Assembly (NCBI RefSeq): GCF_057098645.1
Contig: NZ_CM169472.1
Direction: 5' to 3' (one strand)
DNA: 64,000 bases
This document shows, piece after piece, positions 29,832 through 39,567 of the stretch (positions are counted from its first letter, which is position 1; each line of letters starts with the position of its first letter). A program made the translations under genes and the position numbers. The notes under the pieces are model-generated. The model was not told where the DNA came from, searched no databases, and saw only the letters and a program-made list of their open reading frames with translations.

Positions 29832-30328
29832 TGCCTCCATCATTACGAAAAGCAGTTGCTGCTGCTATTGGTGGCGGAGCAATTGCTATAGCATCAGTGT
29901 TAATCACTGGCCCAAGTGGTGACGATGGCCTGGAAGGTGTCAGCTACATACCATACAAAGATATCGTTGGCGTATGGACTGTATGTCACGGACACACCGG
30001 AAAAGACATCATGCTCGGTAAAACGTATACCGAAGCAGAATGCAAAGCCCTCCTGAATAAAGACCTTGCCACGGTTGCCAGACAAATTAACCCGTACATC
30101 AAAGTCGATATACCGGAAACAACGCGCGGCGCTCTTTACTCGTTCGTCTACAACGTGGGTGCTGGCAATTTCAGAACATCGACGCTTCTTCGCAAAATAA
30201 ACCAGGGCGATATCAAAGGCGCATGTGACCAGCTACGTCGCTGGATATACGCTGGCGGTAAGCAATGGAAAGGCCTGATGACTCGTCGTGAGATTGAGCG
30301 TGAAGTCTGTTTGTGGGGGCAACAATGA
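29831..30328 (+). CDS. SAR endolysin (phage 21 R21-like lysozyme with N-terminal signal-anchor-release helix)
   Basis: N-terminal Gly/Ala-rich SAR helix ([21 protein letters not shown]) followed by a lysozyme domain; start overlaps the holin stop. Confidence 0.85.
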   Translation: MPPSLRKAVAAAIGGGAIAIASVLITGPSGDDGLEGVSYIPYKDIVGVWTVCHGHTGKDIMLGKTYTEAECKALLNKDLATVARQINPYIKVDIPETTRGALYSFVYNVGAGNFRTSTLLRKINQGDIKGACDQLRRWIYAGGKQWKGLMTRREIEREVCLWGQQ

Positions 30329-30792
30329 GCAGAGTAACCGCGATTATCTCCGCTCTGGTTATCTGCATCATCGTCTGCCTGTCGTGGGCGGTCAATCATT
30401 ACCGTGATAACGCCATCGCCTACAAAGAACAGCGAGATAAAAAAGTCAGTGAGCTGAAGCAGGCGACCGCCACCATTACTGACATGCAGCAGCGCCAGCG
30501 TTCTGCTGATGCACTCGATGCTAAATACACGAAGGAGTTAGCTGATGCGAAAGCTGAAAATGATGCTCTTCGGCGCAAGCTTGATAATGGTGGTCGGGTG
30601 TTCGTCAAAGGAAAATGCCCTGTGCCATCCTCAGCCGAAACCTCCAGCGCCTCCGGCATGGGCAATGATGCCACCGTCGAACTCTCTCCAGTTGCTGGAC
30701 GAAACGTTCTCGGTATCCGGGACGGAATTATCCGCGACCAAACAGCACTGAGAACGCTTCAGGAATACATCAGGACGCAATGCCTTCGATGA
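30325..30792 (+). CDS. Spanin inner-membrane subunit Rz
   Basis: N-terminal TM helix then a coiled-coil periplasmic region; directly after the endolysin. Confidence 0.8.
   Translation: MSRVTAIISALVICIIVCLSWAVNHYRDNAIAYKEQRDKKVSELKQATATITDMQQRQRSADALDAKYTKELADAKAENDALRRKLDNGGRVFVKGKCPVPSSAETSSASGMGNDATVELSPVAGRNVLGIRDGIIRDQTALRTLQEYIRTQCLR
30545..30751 (+). CDS. Spanin outer-membrane lipoprotein Rz1, embedded in Rz in the +1 frame
   Basis: [21 protein letters not shown] lipobox followed by a proline-rich segment; entirely inside the Rz ORF. Confidence 0.8.
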   Translation: MRKLKMMLFGASLIMVVGCSSKENALCHPQPKPPAPPAWAMMPPSNSLQLLDETFSVSGTELSATKQH

Positions 30793-30965
30793 TAGCGATA
30801 ATTTTACTCATCATCCTTCACATCTGGCTCTGTAGACAGGATGGTGATCACTTCTGGAGTGAATCCAGATTAAACATCTCATTGCTGATGCTTGATATTG
30901 AGCATCTTGCGCGCGGTAAGGGGCTGCGTTGAGATAAGAGCCAGTCATTACAAATACCAGGATTT

Positions 30966-30990
30966 AGCCTCGCATTCGCGGGGCTTTTTA
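30966..30990 (+). terminator. Hairpin plus T-tract after the lysis cassette
   Basis: agcctcgcattcgcggggct followed by tttttatt. Confidence 0.5.
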
Positions 30991-31073
30991 TTGCCATTAC
31001 AAAAGCCACTCCCTACAGAGTGGCTTTGATAATGGCTTATACCCTACACGGGATAGCTTAACTGATATCCCTT

Positions 31074-31289
31074 TTAACGGATAAAGGTATTCAAGCCTGA
31101 CACATCATGCGCTGTATCGTCGCCGTATTCCCGTATTAACAGAGACCGTAGCCCGACGGGGAACTCCTTCTGCGCGAGTGTGCGGGAATAATCAAAAACG
31201 ATGCACACCGGGTTTTTACCGCGTTTATGGTTCGCGGGTTTGTCCCTCATGCTCGCCAGTCCTGTGCGGGGGTGGAAGAAACAGGACAC
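31074..31289 (-). CDS. Hypothetical small ORF at the phage right-end region
   Basis: 71-aa ORF with no recognisable features; may not be a real gene. Confidence 0.25.
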   Translation of the reverse strand: MSCFFHPRTGLASMRDKPANHKRGKNPVCIVFDYSRTLAQKEFPVGLRSLLIREYGDDTAHDVSGLNTFIR

Positions 31290-31418
31290 TTACACAGATT
31301 CTTGTGGGCACGATGCTATGCCTTTCTGGATTATCCCGATGCCATTCATGCAAGGTGTTGTATCAGACGTTCGTCAGAGCTGTCAGGCTGACGGGTCCTC
31401 CCGGTGGGGTGGCCTGCC

Positions 31419-31440
31419 ACGGGGCGGGAGCGTCGCGGAA
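31419..31440. other. Candidate cosN (cohesive-end site)
   Basis: acggggcgggagcgtcgcgg resembles lambda cosN ACGGGGCGGCGACCTCGCGG (16 of 20); lies ~186 bp before the small terminase start, as in lambda. Confidence 0.55.
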
Positions 31441-31607
31441 AAAGGCTAGTTTTTGCATTTTTATCGGCCACCATCATCTTTTCATCTTATTGATTATTAA
31501 TGGTTATTTGTTTTTTGTATGTCGAATTGAGTGTTTTTTGTTCGACATCGAACGCGTTTTCTTAAAGTTGTTCGCACGATGCATGTTTAAAGCTCTCCGG
31601 AGGAAAT

Positions 31608-32099
31608 ATGGATCATGAGTTGAAAAACCTGGTGCTGAATATTAATCAACTGGCGGCTTTATCTGGTCTGCACCGCCAGACTGTCGTGGCAAGACTGAAA
31701 AACATTCGTCCCGCTGGTGGACATGACAAACTCAAGCTATACCGGTTGACCGATATTCTGACTGAATTTATGGGGTTACCACCGCCGGTTGCTGAGGGCG
31801 AAATGGATCCACATGAACGCAAAGCCTGGTATCAGTCTGAACGTGAGCGTCTTAAGTTCGAACAGGAAACGGCACAACTCATTCCGGCCAGTGATGTCAG
31901 ACGGGAGTTTGCCATCTGGGCAAAAGCGGTCGTGCAGGTGCTGGAGACATTACCGGATATTCTGGAACGTGACTGCGGCCTGCAGCCTGCCGCTGTGAGC
32001 CGTGTTCAGTCCATTATTGATGATCTGCGCGATCAGATAGCCCTGCGGGTGACCGAAGCAGGTGCGGATGATGAGGAGGAATTACAGCAGGAGGAGTAA
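31608..32099 (+). CDS. Terminase small subunit (Nu1-like HTH)
   Basis: N-terminal HTH (LNINQLAALSGLHRQTVVARL); directly before and coupled to the large terminase. Confidence 0.75.
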   Translation: MDHELKNLVLNINQLAALSGLHRQTVVARLKNIRPAGGHDKLKLYRLTDILTEFMGLPPPVAEGEMDPHERKAWYQSERERLKFEQETAQLIPASDVRREFAIWAKAVVQVLETLPDILERDCGLQPAAVSRVQSIIDDLRDQIALRVTEAGADDEEELQQEE

Positions 32100-34201
32100 T
32101 GCTGAATCAGGAAACCGCAAAGGCAGCACGAACCGATTCAGGTTATATCCTTCGCGCACCGAGACGAATGCTGGTTGCTGATGCCGTTGCTCAGTATATG
32201 CGGGTGCCCATGGGGGCCGGGAATTCAGTCCCGTGGGATCCGCTGGTGGCACCGTATGTTATTGAGCCGATGAACTGCCTGGCCTCGCGTGAATACGACG
32301 CAGTGATATTTGTTGGCCCGGCACGAACTGGCAAGACTATCGGCCTGATTGACGGCTGGGTGATTTACAATGTGATTTGCGATCCTGCTGATATGCTGAT
32401 CATTCAGATGACGGAGGAAAAAGCCCGCGAACACTCCAAAAAACGACTTGCCAGAACGTTTCGCGTCAGCCCGGAAGTGGTCAGTCGCCTGAGTCCGAAC
32501 AAAAATGACAACAACGTTTATGACAGAACATTCCTTGCTGGCAACTACCTGAAAATCGGCTGGCCGTCAGTCAATATCATGTCCTCATCAGATTATAAAT
32601 GCGTGGCGCTGACGGATTATGACCGTTTTCCGGAAGATATTGATGGCGAGGGGGATGCCTTCTCTCTTGCCTCAAAACGTACCACCACATTTATGTCCAG
32701 TGGTATGACGCTGGTGGAGAGTTCCCCCGGCAGGGATGTGAAGGATGTGAAATGGCGACGGACTTCACCGCATGAGGCTCCACCAACCACGGGGATACTG
32801 TCGCTCTATAACCGTGGCGATCGCCGTCGCTGGTACTGGCCCTGTCCACACTGTGGTGAGTATTTTCAGCCCTGCGGCGATGTGGTTGCTGGTTTCCGTG
32901 ATATTGCCGATCCCGTGCTGGCAAGTGAGGCGGCTTATATTCAGTGTCCTTCCTGTTCAGGACGGATTATGCCTGAACAAAAACGTGAGCTGAACGGACG
33001 TGGGGTCTGGTTGCGGGATGGTGAATCCATCAATGCGGATGGCAGTCGTTATGGTGATCCCCGACGCTCACGTATTGCGTCATTCTGGATGGAGGGTCCG
33101 GCAGCTGCTTACCAGACACTCTCGCAACTCGTTTACAAACTGCTTACTGCAGAACAGGAATACGAGACAACCGGAAGTGAAGAAACACTCAAGACGGTTA
33201 TCAATACCGACTGGGGATTACCTTATCTTCCCCGTGCCAGCATGGAGCAACGAAAAAGTGAACTGCTTGAGCAGCGGGCAGAGCCAGTTCCTTCCCGCAG
33301 TGTGCCGGATGGCGTTAATTTCCTGGTGGCGACAGTGGATGTGCAGGCGGGACGTCATCGCCGTTTTGTGGTTCAGGTAACGGGCTATGGCAGCCGTGGC
33401 GAACGCTGGATTATTGATCGTTACAACATCACGCAGTCATTGCGCGGTGACAGCGACGGGGAGAGCCAGCGAATTGATCCGGCCAGCTATCCGGAAGACT
33501 GGGATGTCCTGCTGACGGATGTTTTTCATAAAAGCTGGCCGCTGGCCTCCGATCCTTCTCAACAAATGCGACTGATGGCTATGGCGGTGGACTCCGGCGG
33601 TGAAGACGGGGTCACTGATAATGCCTATAAATTCTGGCGTCGTTGCCGTCGTGATGGCCTTGGTAAACGTATTTACCTGTTTAAGGGCGACAGCATCCGG
33701 CGCGCAAAACTGATCACCCGTACATTCCCTGATAACACCGGACGAACGGGCCGACGGGCGCAGGCCGCAGGTGATGTGCCGCTCTGGCTTCTTCAGACGG
33801 ATGCCCTGAAAGACCGGGTGAATAACGCGTTATGGCGTGACTCTCCAGGTCCCGGCTATGTGCATTTCCCTGACTGGCTGGGGAGCTGGTTTTACGACGA
33901 ACTGACGTATGAAGAGCGGAGTAGTGACGGGAAATGGAGTAAGCCGGGTCGCGGTGCCAACGAAGCTTTTGACCTGATGGTGTATGCCGAGGCTCTGGTC
34001 ATTCTGCATGGATACGAAAAGATCCGCTGGCCGGATGCACCGGAGTGGGCGAGCCTGGAAACCTGGCTGGAGTGTGTCCCGGACAGTACCGAACCGTCAC
34101 CCTCACCGGAACCGGTATCCACGCCTGTTAAAAAACAAAAACGGAAGAAAACAGTAACTGACGATGTTAACCCCTGGCTGACTTCCGGAGGATGGTTATG
34201 A
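32099..34201 (+). CDS. Terminase large subunit (GpA-like)
   Basis: 700-aa ORF with a Walker A-like VGPARTGKT; position and size. Confidence 0.85.
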   Translation: MLNQETAKAARTDSGYILRAPRRMLVADAVAQYMRVPMGAGNSVPWDPLVAPYVIEPMNCLASREYDAVIFVGPARTGKTIGLIDGWVIYNVICDPADMLIIQMTEEKAREHSKKRLARTFRVSPEVVSRLSPNKNDNNVYDRTFLAGNYLKIGWPSVNIMSSSDYKCVALTDYDRFPEDIDGEGDAFSLASKRTTTFMSSGMTLVESSPGRDVKDVKWRRTSPHEAPPTTGILSLYNRGDRRRWYWPCPHCGEYFQPCGDVVAGFRDIADPVLASEAAYIQCPSCSGRIMPEQKRELNGRGVWLRDGESINADGSRYGDPRRSRIASFWMEGPAAAYQTLSQLVYKLLTAEQEYETTGSEETLKTVINTDWGLPYLPRASMEQRKSELLEQRAEPVPSRSVPDGVNFLVATVDVQAGRHRRFVVQVTGYGSRGERWIIDRYNITQSLRGDSDGESQRIDPASYPEDWDVLLTDVFHKSWPLASDPSQQMRLMAMAVDSGGEDGVTDNAYKFWRRCRRDGLGKRIYLFKGDSIRRAKLITRTFPDNTGRTGRRAQAAGDVPLWLLQTDALKDRVNNALWRDSPGPGYVHFPDWLGSWFYDELTYEERSSDGKWSKPGRGANEAFDLMVYAEALVILHGYEKIRWPDAPEWASLETWLECVPDSTEPSPSPEPVSTPVKKQKRKKTVTDDVNPWLTSGGWL

Positions 34202-34410
34202 ACCAGAATGATATCGAAGCCATGATTCAGCGTTATACGGAAGCTGAAATGGCGGTGCTGGACGGAAAATCCGTCACCTTTAATGGTCAGCAGATGACCA
34301 TGGAAAACTTATCTGAGATCCGGCAGGGACGGCAGGAGTGGGAGCGCCGCCTTGCGGCTCTGATTACACGACGACGGGGGCATCCTGGGTACCGGCTGGC
34401 GAGGTTCTGA
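34198..34410 (+). CDS. Head-tail joining protein (gpW-like)
   Basis: ~70 aa ending ...RRRGHPGYRLARF (lambda W ends ...RRRGPAGFYV); ATG overlaps the terminase stop (ATGA). Confidence 0.7.
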   Translation: MNQNDIEAMIQRYTEAEMAVLDGKSVTFNGQQMTMENLSEIRQGRQEWERRLAALITRRRGHPGYRLARF

Positions 34411-35918
34411 TGGCAATTCTTGATGATGTGATTGGCGTTTTTTCACCAGGATGGAAAGCGGCAAGGCTGCGTTCCCGTGCGGTGATCCAGGCTTATGAGG
34501 CCGTAAAAACGACACGGACACACAAAGCCCGGCGGGAAAACCGAACTGCCGACCAGTTAAGCCAGTACGGGGCCGTGTCGTTACGTGAGCAGGCCCGTTA
34601 CCTTGATAACAACCACGATCTGGTTATTGGTGTATTTGACAAGCTGGAAGAACGGGTGGTGGGGAAAAACGGGATTATTGTCGAGCCACATCCGGTATTA
34701 CGCAATGGGGCCATTGCCCGTGATCTGGCAGCGGAGATACGCACCCGATGGAGTGAATGGTCTGTCAGTCCGGAAGTCACCGGGCAGTTTACCCGTCCGA
34801 TGCTGGAACGTCTGATGCTGCGTACCTGGCTGCGCGATGGTGAGGTGTTTGCCCAGATGGTTTCCGGGCGCATAAACAGCCTGACGCCTTCTGCCGGTGT
34901 TCATTTCTGGCTGGAGGCGCTCGAGCCGGACTTTATTCCCATGACCAGTGATGAGAGCAACAGGCTGAATCAGGGCGTGTTTGTTGATGACTGGGGGCGT
35001 CCCGAAAAATATCTGGTGTATAAAAGCCGTCCCGTATCCGGGCGGCAGATGGAAACCAAAGAAGTGGATGCAGAGCGAATGCTGCATCTTAAATTTGTTC
35101 GCCGTCTGCACCAGATGCGCGGGACGTCTTTGTTGTCCGGTGTGCTGATCCGCCTCAGTGCCCTGAAAGAGTATGAAGATTCTGAGCTGACTGCAGCAAG
35201 GATCGCCGCTGCTCTGGGGATGTACATCCGGAAAGGCGACGGGCAGAGCTATGAACCGGATGGTAATGGCAGCAAGGAGAATGAACGCGAGCTTACCATT
35301 CAGCCAGGCATTATTTACGACGATCTGAAACCCGGCGAAGAAATCGGAATGGTGAAGTCGGATCGTCCCAATCCTAACCTTGAAACTTTTCGTAATGGTC
35401 AGTTGCGTGCCGTGGCGGCGGGCAGTCGTCTGAGTTTTTCCAGTACGGCACGCAACTATAACGGCACTTACAGCGCCCAGCGTCAGGAACTGGTTGAGTC
35501 TACTGATGGCTACCTGATCCTGCAGGACTGGTTTATTGGTGCCGTCACCCGCCCGATGTATCGTGCCTGGCTGAAACAGGCTGTGGCATCCGGTGTTATC
35601 AGGTTACCCCGCGATCTTGACCGTTCTTCACTGTATACCGCGGTGTATTCCGGACCAGTGATGCCGTGGATTGACCCTGTTAAGGAGGCTGAGGCCTGGA
35701 AAATCCAGATTCGTGGTGGAGCGGCGACAGAATCAGACTGGGTACGTGCTGGTGGTCGTAATCCGGATGATGTCAAACGTCGGCGCAAGGCCGAAATTGA
35801 TGAAAACCGCAAGCTGGATCTGGTATTTGATACCGATCCGGCCAGTGATAAAGGAGGCAGCAGTGCCGCAACGAAACGACAGGAGCCGCAGCACACCGAC
35901 GACCAGTCCGAAGAATAA
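34410..35918 (+). CDS. Portal protein
   Basis: ~500-aa ORF between W and the protease-capsid gene; start MAILDDVIGVF... Confidence 0.8.
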   Translation: MAILDDVIGVFSPGWKAARLRSRAVIQAYEAVKTTRTHKARRENRTADQLSQYGAVSLREQARYLDNNHDLVIGVFDKLEERVVGKNGIIVEPHPVLRNGAIARDLAAEIRTRWSEWSVSPEVTGQFTRPMLERLMLRTWLRDGEVFAQMVSGRINSLTPSAGVHFWLEALEPDFIPMTSDESNRLNQGVFVDDWGRPEKYLVYKSRPVSGRQMETKEVDAERMLHLKFVRRLHQMRGTSLLSGVLIRLSALKEYEDSELTAARIAAALGMYIRKGDGQSYEPDGNGSKENERELTIQPGIIYDDLKPGEEIGMVKSDRPNPNLETFRNGQLRAVAAGSRLSFSSTARNYNGTYSAQRQELVESTDGYLILQDWFIGAVTRPMYRAWLKQAVASGVIRLPRDLDRSSLYTAVYSGPVMPWIDPVKEAEAWKIQIRGGAATESDWVRAGGRNPDDVKRRRKAEIDENRKLDLVFDTDPASDKGGSSAATKRQEPQHTDDQSEE

Positions 35919-35931
35919 TTCCTGGTTCAGG

Positions 35932-37890
35932 ATGCAGGCTGGTCACCAGAGTGACGCGGATATTTATATTTATGACGAGATTGGTTTCTGGGGTGTTACA
36001 GCGAAGCAGTTTATCAGTGATCTGAATGCACTGGGCGATATCACCCACATTAATCTCCATATTAATTCACCGGGTGGCGATGTCTTTGAAGGCATCGCCA
36101 TTTTTAATGCGCTGAAAACACATGGTGCGTCCATTACCGTTTATGTCGACGGTGTGGCGGCGTCAATGGCGTCGGTCATTGCGATGGTGGGAAACCCGGT
36201 CATTATGCCGGAAAACACCTTCATGATGATTCATAAACCATTTGGCTTTACGGGCGGTGATGCGGAGGACATGCGCACCTATGCCGACCTGCTCGATAAG
36301 GTTGAGGCGGTTCTGTTACCCGCTTATGCACAGAAAACCGGGAAAACCACCGATGAAATTGCTGCCATGCTGGCGGATGAGACCTGGATGTCCGGTGCCG
36401 AATGTCTGGCACATGGATTTGCTGATCAGGTAACGCCAGCCGTTAAGGCAATGGCATGTATTCAGTCAAAACGTACAGAGGAATTTAAAAAGATGCCGGA
36501 ATCCATTCGAAACATGATTACTCCGCCACGCAACAGTGCTCCACGCGTACAGGATGATGAACCTGCAGCCTCCCGGACGCCAGTGCAGGCAGCAGCACCC
36601 GTGGTGGATGAAAACAGTATCCGTGCGCAGGTACTGGCAGAGCAAAAAGCGCGTGTAAACGGTATTAATGATCTGTTTGCCATGTTTGGCGGGCGTTATC
36701 AGACGCTGCAGGCTCAGTGTCTTGCCGATCCTGAATGTTCGCTGGAGCAGGCCCGCGAAAAGCTGTTGAACGAGATGGGGCGCGAGTCCACGCCATCCAA
36801 TAAAAATACCCCGGCTCATATTTATGCCGGTAACGGTAATTTTGTGGGGGACGGGATCCGCCAGGCGCTGATGGCGCGTGCCGGATTTGAAAAAACCGAA
36901 CGTGATAATGTCTACAACGGGATGACCCTGCGTGAATATGCCCGTATGTCACTGACTGAACGGGGTATTGGGGTTTCCAGTTATAACCCGATGCAGATGG
37001 TCGGTGCGGCGTTCACACACAGTACGTCTGACTTCGGTAATATTCTGCTGGATGTTGCGAACAAAGCCATTCTGCAGGGCTGGGAAGATGCCCCTGAAAC
37101 CTATGAACAGTGGACGCGGAAAGGTCAGTTGTCTGATTTTAAAATTGCCCATCGTGTGGGTATGGGGGGCTTCAGTGCTCTGCGTCAGGTGCGTGAAGGG
37201 GCGGAATATAAATACGTCACCACCGGAGATAAACAGGCCACTATTGCACTGGCGACCTATGGCGAGCTGTTCAGTATCACCCGTCAGGCCATTATCAATG
37301 ATGATCTGAATATGCTGACCGATGTCCCGATGAAACTGGGCCGTGCGGCGAAATCCACTATTGCCGATCTGGTTTATGCCATTCTGACGTCTAACCCGAA
37401 AATCTCCACAGATAATGTAAGTCTGTTCGATAAAGCGAAACATGCAAACGTACTGGAGAGCGCTGCAATGGACGTGGCATCGCTGGATAAAGCCCGCCAG
37501 TTGATGCGCGTTCAGAAAGAGGGGGAGCGTCATCTGAATATTCGTCCTGCGTTCGTACTGGTACCGACGGCGATGGAGTCTGTTGCTAACCAGGTCATTC
37601 GCTCCTCAAGTGTCAAGGGGGCTGACATTAACGCCGGTATTATTAACCCGGTGAAAGATTTTGCGACCGTTATTGCAGAGCCTCGTCTTGATGATAACAG
37701 CCAGACCACTTTCTACCTGGCTGCGTCCAAAGGCTCCGATACGATTGAAGTGGCTTATCTCAACGGTGTGGATACGCCATATATTGATCAGATGGAGGGC
37801 TTCAGTGTGGATGGCGTGACAACGAAAGTGCGTATTGACGCCGGTGTCGCGCCAGTTGATCACCGCGGTCTGGTGAAATGTACGGCGTAA
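35932..37890 (+). CDS. Prohead protease (ClpP/S49-like) fused to the major capsid protein
   Basis: N-terminal ClpP-like region (INSPGGDVFEGIAIFNALK ... MASVIAM), central coiled-coil scaffold-like segment, C-terminal ~300-aa capsid-like domain; ATG at 35932. Confidence 0.75.
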   Translation: MQAGHQSDADIYIYDEIGFWGVTAKQFISDLNALGDITHINLHINSPGGDVFEGIAIFNALKTHGASITVYVDGVAASMASVIAMVGNPVIMPENTFMMIHKPFGFTGGDAEDMRTYADLLDKVEAVLLPAYAQKTGKTTDEIAAMLADETWMSGAECLAHGFADQVTPAVKAMACIQSKRTEEFKKMPESIRNMITPPRNSAPRVQDDEPAASRTPVQAAAPVVDENSIRAQVLAEQKARVNGINDLFAMFGGRYQTLQAQCLADPECSLEQAREKLLNEMGRESTPSNKNTPAHIYAGNGNFVGDGIRQALMARAGFEKTERDNVYNGMTLREYARMSLTERGIGVSSYNPMQMVGAAFTHSTSDFGNILLDVANKAILQGWEDAPETYEQWTRKGQLSDFKIAHRVGMGGFSALRQVREGAEYKYVTTGDKQATIALATYGELFSITRQAIINDDLNMLTDVPMKLGRAAKSTIADLVYAILTSNPKISTDNVSLFDKAKHANVLESAAMDVASLDKARQLMRVQKEGERHLNIRPAFVLVPTAMESVANQVIRSSSVKGADINAGIINPVKDFATVIAEPRLDDNSQTTFYLAASKGSDTIEVAYLNGVDTPYIDQMEGFSVDGVTTKVRIDAGVAPVDHRGLVKCTA

Positions 37891-37914
37891 ACGTCGCAGA
37901 CAACAACTCTGATG

Positions 37915-37933
37915 GCCCGTAAGGGCTTTTTTT
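37915..37933 (+). terminator. Intrinsic terminator after the capsid gene
   Basis: gcccgtaagggc followed by ttttttt. Confidence 0.7.
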
Positions 37934-37976
37934 GTACCTGAAATCAGCCCCTGAACGGGGCTGTGCGGAGACAGTT

Positions 37977-38300
37977 ATGGCAAAGAATTTTGTAGAAGAA
38001 GGAAAAACGGTGGCGATTGTTGCCAGTGCAGCCATCAGCAGCGGAGATCTGGTGCAGGTGGGCGATGTTTTTGCGGTGGCGCTGACCGATATTCCACAGG
38101 GTGAAACAGGCGACGGCATGACCGAAGGTGTGTTTATGCTGCCTAAGCTGAAAACGGATGACATGAAAACGGGTAAGAAGGTTTATCTGAAGTCCGGAAA
38201 AGTTCAGCTGACTAACAGCGGCTCTGATCCGCTGGTCGGGGTTGTCTGGGCAGATGCCGGAACCAGTGCAGAAGAAGTGCCGGTAAAACTCAATGTCTGA
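37977..38300 (+). CDS. Head decoration / DUF2190-like small head protein
   Basis: ~107 aa from MAKNFVEEGKTVAI... with a GGAG RBS; directly after the capsid gene. Confidence 0.5.
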   Translation: MAKNFVEEGKTVAIVASAAISSGDLVQVGDVFAVALTDIPQGETGDGMTEGVFMLPKLKTDDMKTGKKVYLKSGKVQLTNSGSDPLVGVVWADAGTSAEEVPVKLNV

Positions 38301-38568
38301 TCCCTTTTCCCGGCTGGCAGCGCGTATGGATGCTATCACGGTCAGAAAGATGGGAAAGACAGCCTCGATTAATGATGTCGATATGACTGTGATCCCGGGA
38401 GAAACACTGGCAGAACTGAATGCTCTGTCCGGACCTGCGGTCTCTCTGGTGGTGTTTTCTTCGGGATACCGCCCACGGCGCGGGGATCGCGTTGTTTATG
38501 ACGGACAACAATGGACGGTCACACGGCATGAACGCTTTAACGGTAAGCCAATGATCTTTATTGAGTAA
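38293..38568 (+). CDS. Head-tail joining protein (lambda FII-like)
   Basis: 91 aa with ...RPRRGDRVVYDGQQWTVTRHE..., similar pattern to lambda FII; precedes Z. Confidence 0.55.
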   Translation: MSDPFSRLAARMDAITVRKMGKTASINDVDMTVIPGETLAELNALSGPAVSLVVFSSGYRPRRGDRVVYDGQQWTVTRHERFNGKPMIFIE

Positions 38569-38579
38569 AGAGGTGTGGG

Positions 38580-39158
38580 ATGAAGGGGCTTGAGAATGCC
38601 ATCCGTAATCTGAACAGCCTTGATACCCGTATGGTGCCACAGGCCAGCGCATGGGCGATAAACCGTGTGGCACAGAAAGCGGTCTCGGTTGCCACCCGGC
38701 AGGTTGCCGGGAATACCGTTGCGGGAGATAACCAGGTGAAAGGGATCCCCCTGAAACTGGTACGTCAGCGTGTCCGGGTGTTTAAAGCCAGTCCGTCAGG
38801 AAAAATGACGGCCAGGATCCGCGTTAACCGGGGCAATCTGCCCGCCATTAAGCTGGGGACAGCCCGGGTCAGACTGGCCCGGCGTGGTGGAAAACTGCAG
38901 TACCGTGGCAGTGTGCTGAAGGTGGGTAAATATCTTTTCCGGGATGCGTTTATTCAGCAACTGGCGAATGGTCGCTGGCATGTGATGCGGCGTATTGATG
39001 GCAAAAATCGTTACCCCATTGATGTGGTGAAAATCCCGCTTTCCGGACCGCTGACACAGGCATTTGAAGATGCCCGCGACCGCATCATTGCTGCGGAAAT
39101 GCCGAAACAGCTGGGGTATGCACTGAAACAACAACTGAGGTTATGGCTGACCCGATGA
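38580..39158 (+). CDS. Tail completion protein Z (lambda gpZ-like)
   Basis: 192 aa; MKGLENAIRNLNSLDTRMVPQASAWAINRVAQKAVSVATRQVA... matches remembered lambda Z. Confidence 0.8.
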   Translation: MKGLENAIRNLNSLDTRMVPQASAWAINRVAQKAVSVATRQVAGNTVAGDNQVKGIPLKLVRQRVRVFKASPSGKMTARIRVNRGNLPAIKLGTARVRLARRGGKLQYRGSVLKVGKYLFRDAFIQQLANGRWHVMRRIDGKNRYPIDVVKIPLSGPLTQAFEDARDRIIAAEMPKQLGYALKQQLRLWLTR

Positions 39159-39556
39159 ACCGACATACACAAATCCGCCAGGCCGTACTGGCACGCCTTC
39201 GGGAACAGTGTGGAGACAGCGCCACGTTTTTTGACGGGCTTCCGGCATTTATTGATGCGCAGGAACTGCCTGCCGTGGCGGTGTGGCTGAGTGATGCTCA
39301 GTACACCGGAAAAATGACGGATGAAGATGACTGGCAGGCTGTTCTGCATATTGCTGTCTTCATCCGGGCACAGGCACCGGATTCAGAGCTGGATATGTGG
39401 ATGGAGAGCACCATTTTCCCGGCCCTGAATGATATACCGGCACTTTCCGGACTCATCGACACCCTGATCCCTCTCGGTTTTAACTATCAACGTGATAATG
39501 AGATGGCCACCTGGGCGATGGCGGAAATCACGTACCAGATCACGTACACGAATTAA
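39143..39556 (+). CDS. Tail terminator protein U (lambda gpU-like)
   Basis: ...ATFFDGLPAFIDAQELPAVAVWLSDAQYTG ... ELDMWMESTIFPALNDIPALSGL ... ITYQITY parallels lambda U. Confidence 0.85.
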   Translation: MADPMNRHTQIRQAVLARLREQCGDSATFFDGLPAFIDAQELPAVAVWLSDAQYTGKMTDEDDWQAVLHIAVFIRAQAPDSELDMWMESTIFPALNDIPALSGLIDTLIPLGFNYQRDNEMATWAMAEITYQITYTN

Positions 39557-39567
39557 AGGAGGTGGCA

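Noticed and set aside
31178-31618. 146-aa ORF upstream of the small terminase gene
   Set aside because: Cys/Arg-rich translation running through the predicted cos region and terminase promoter; most likely non-coding.
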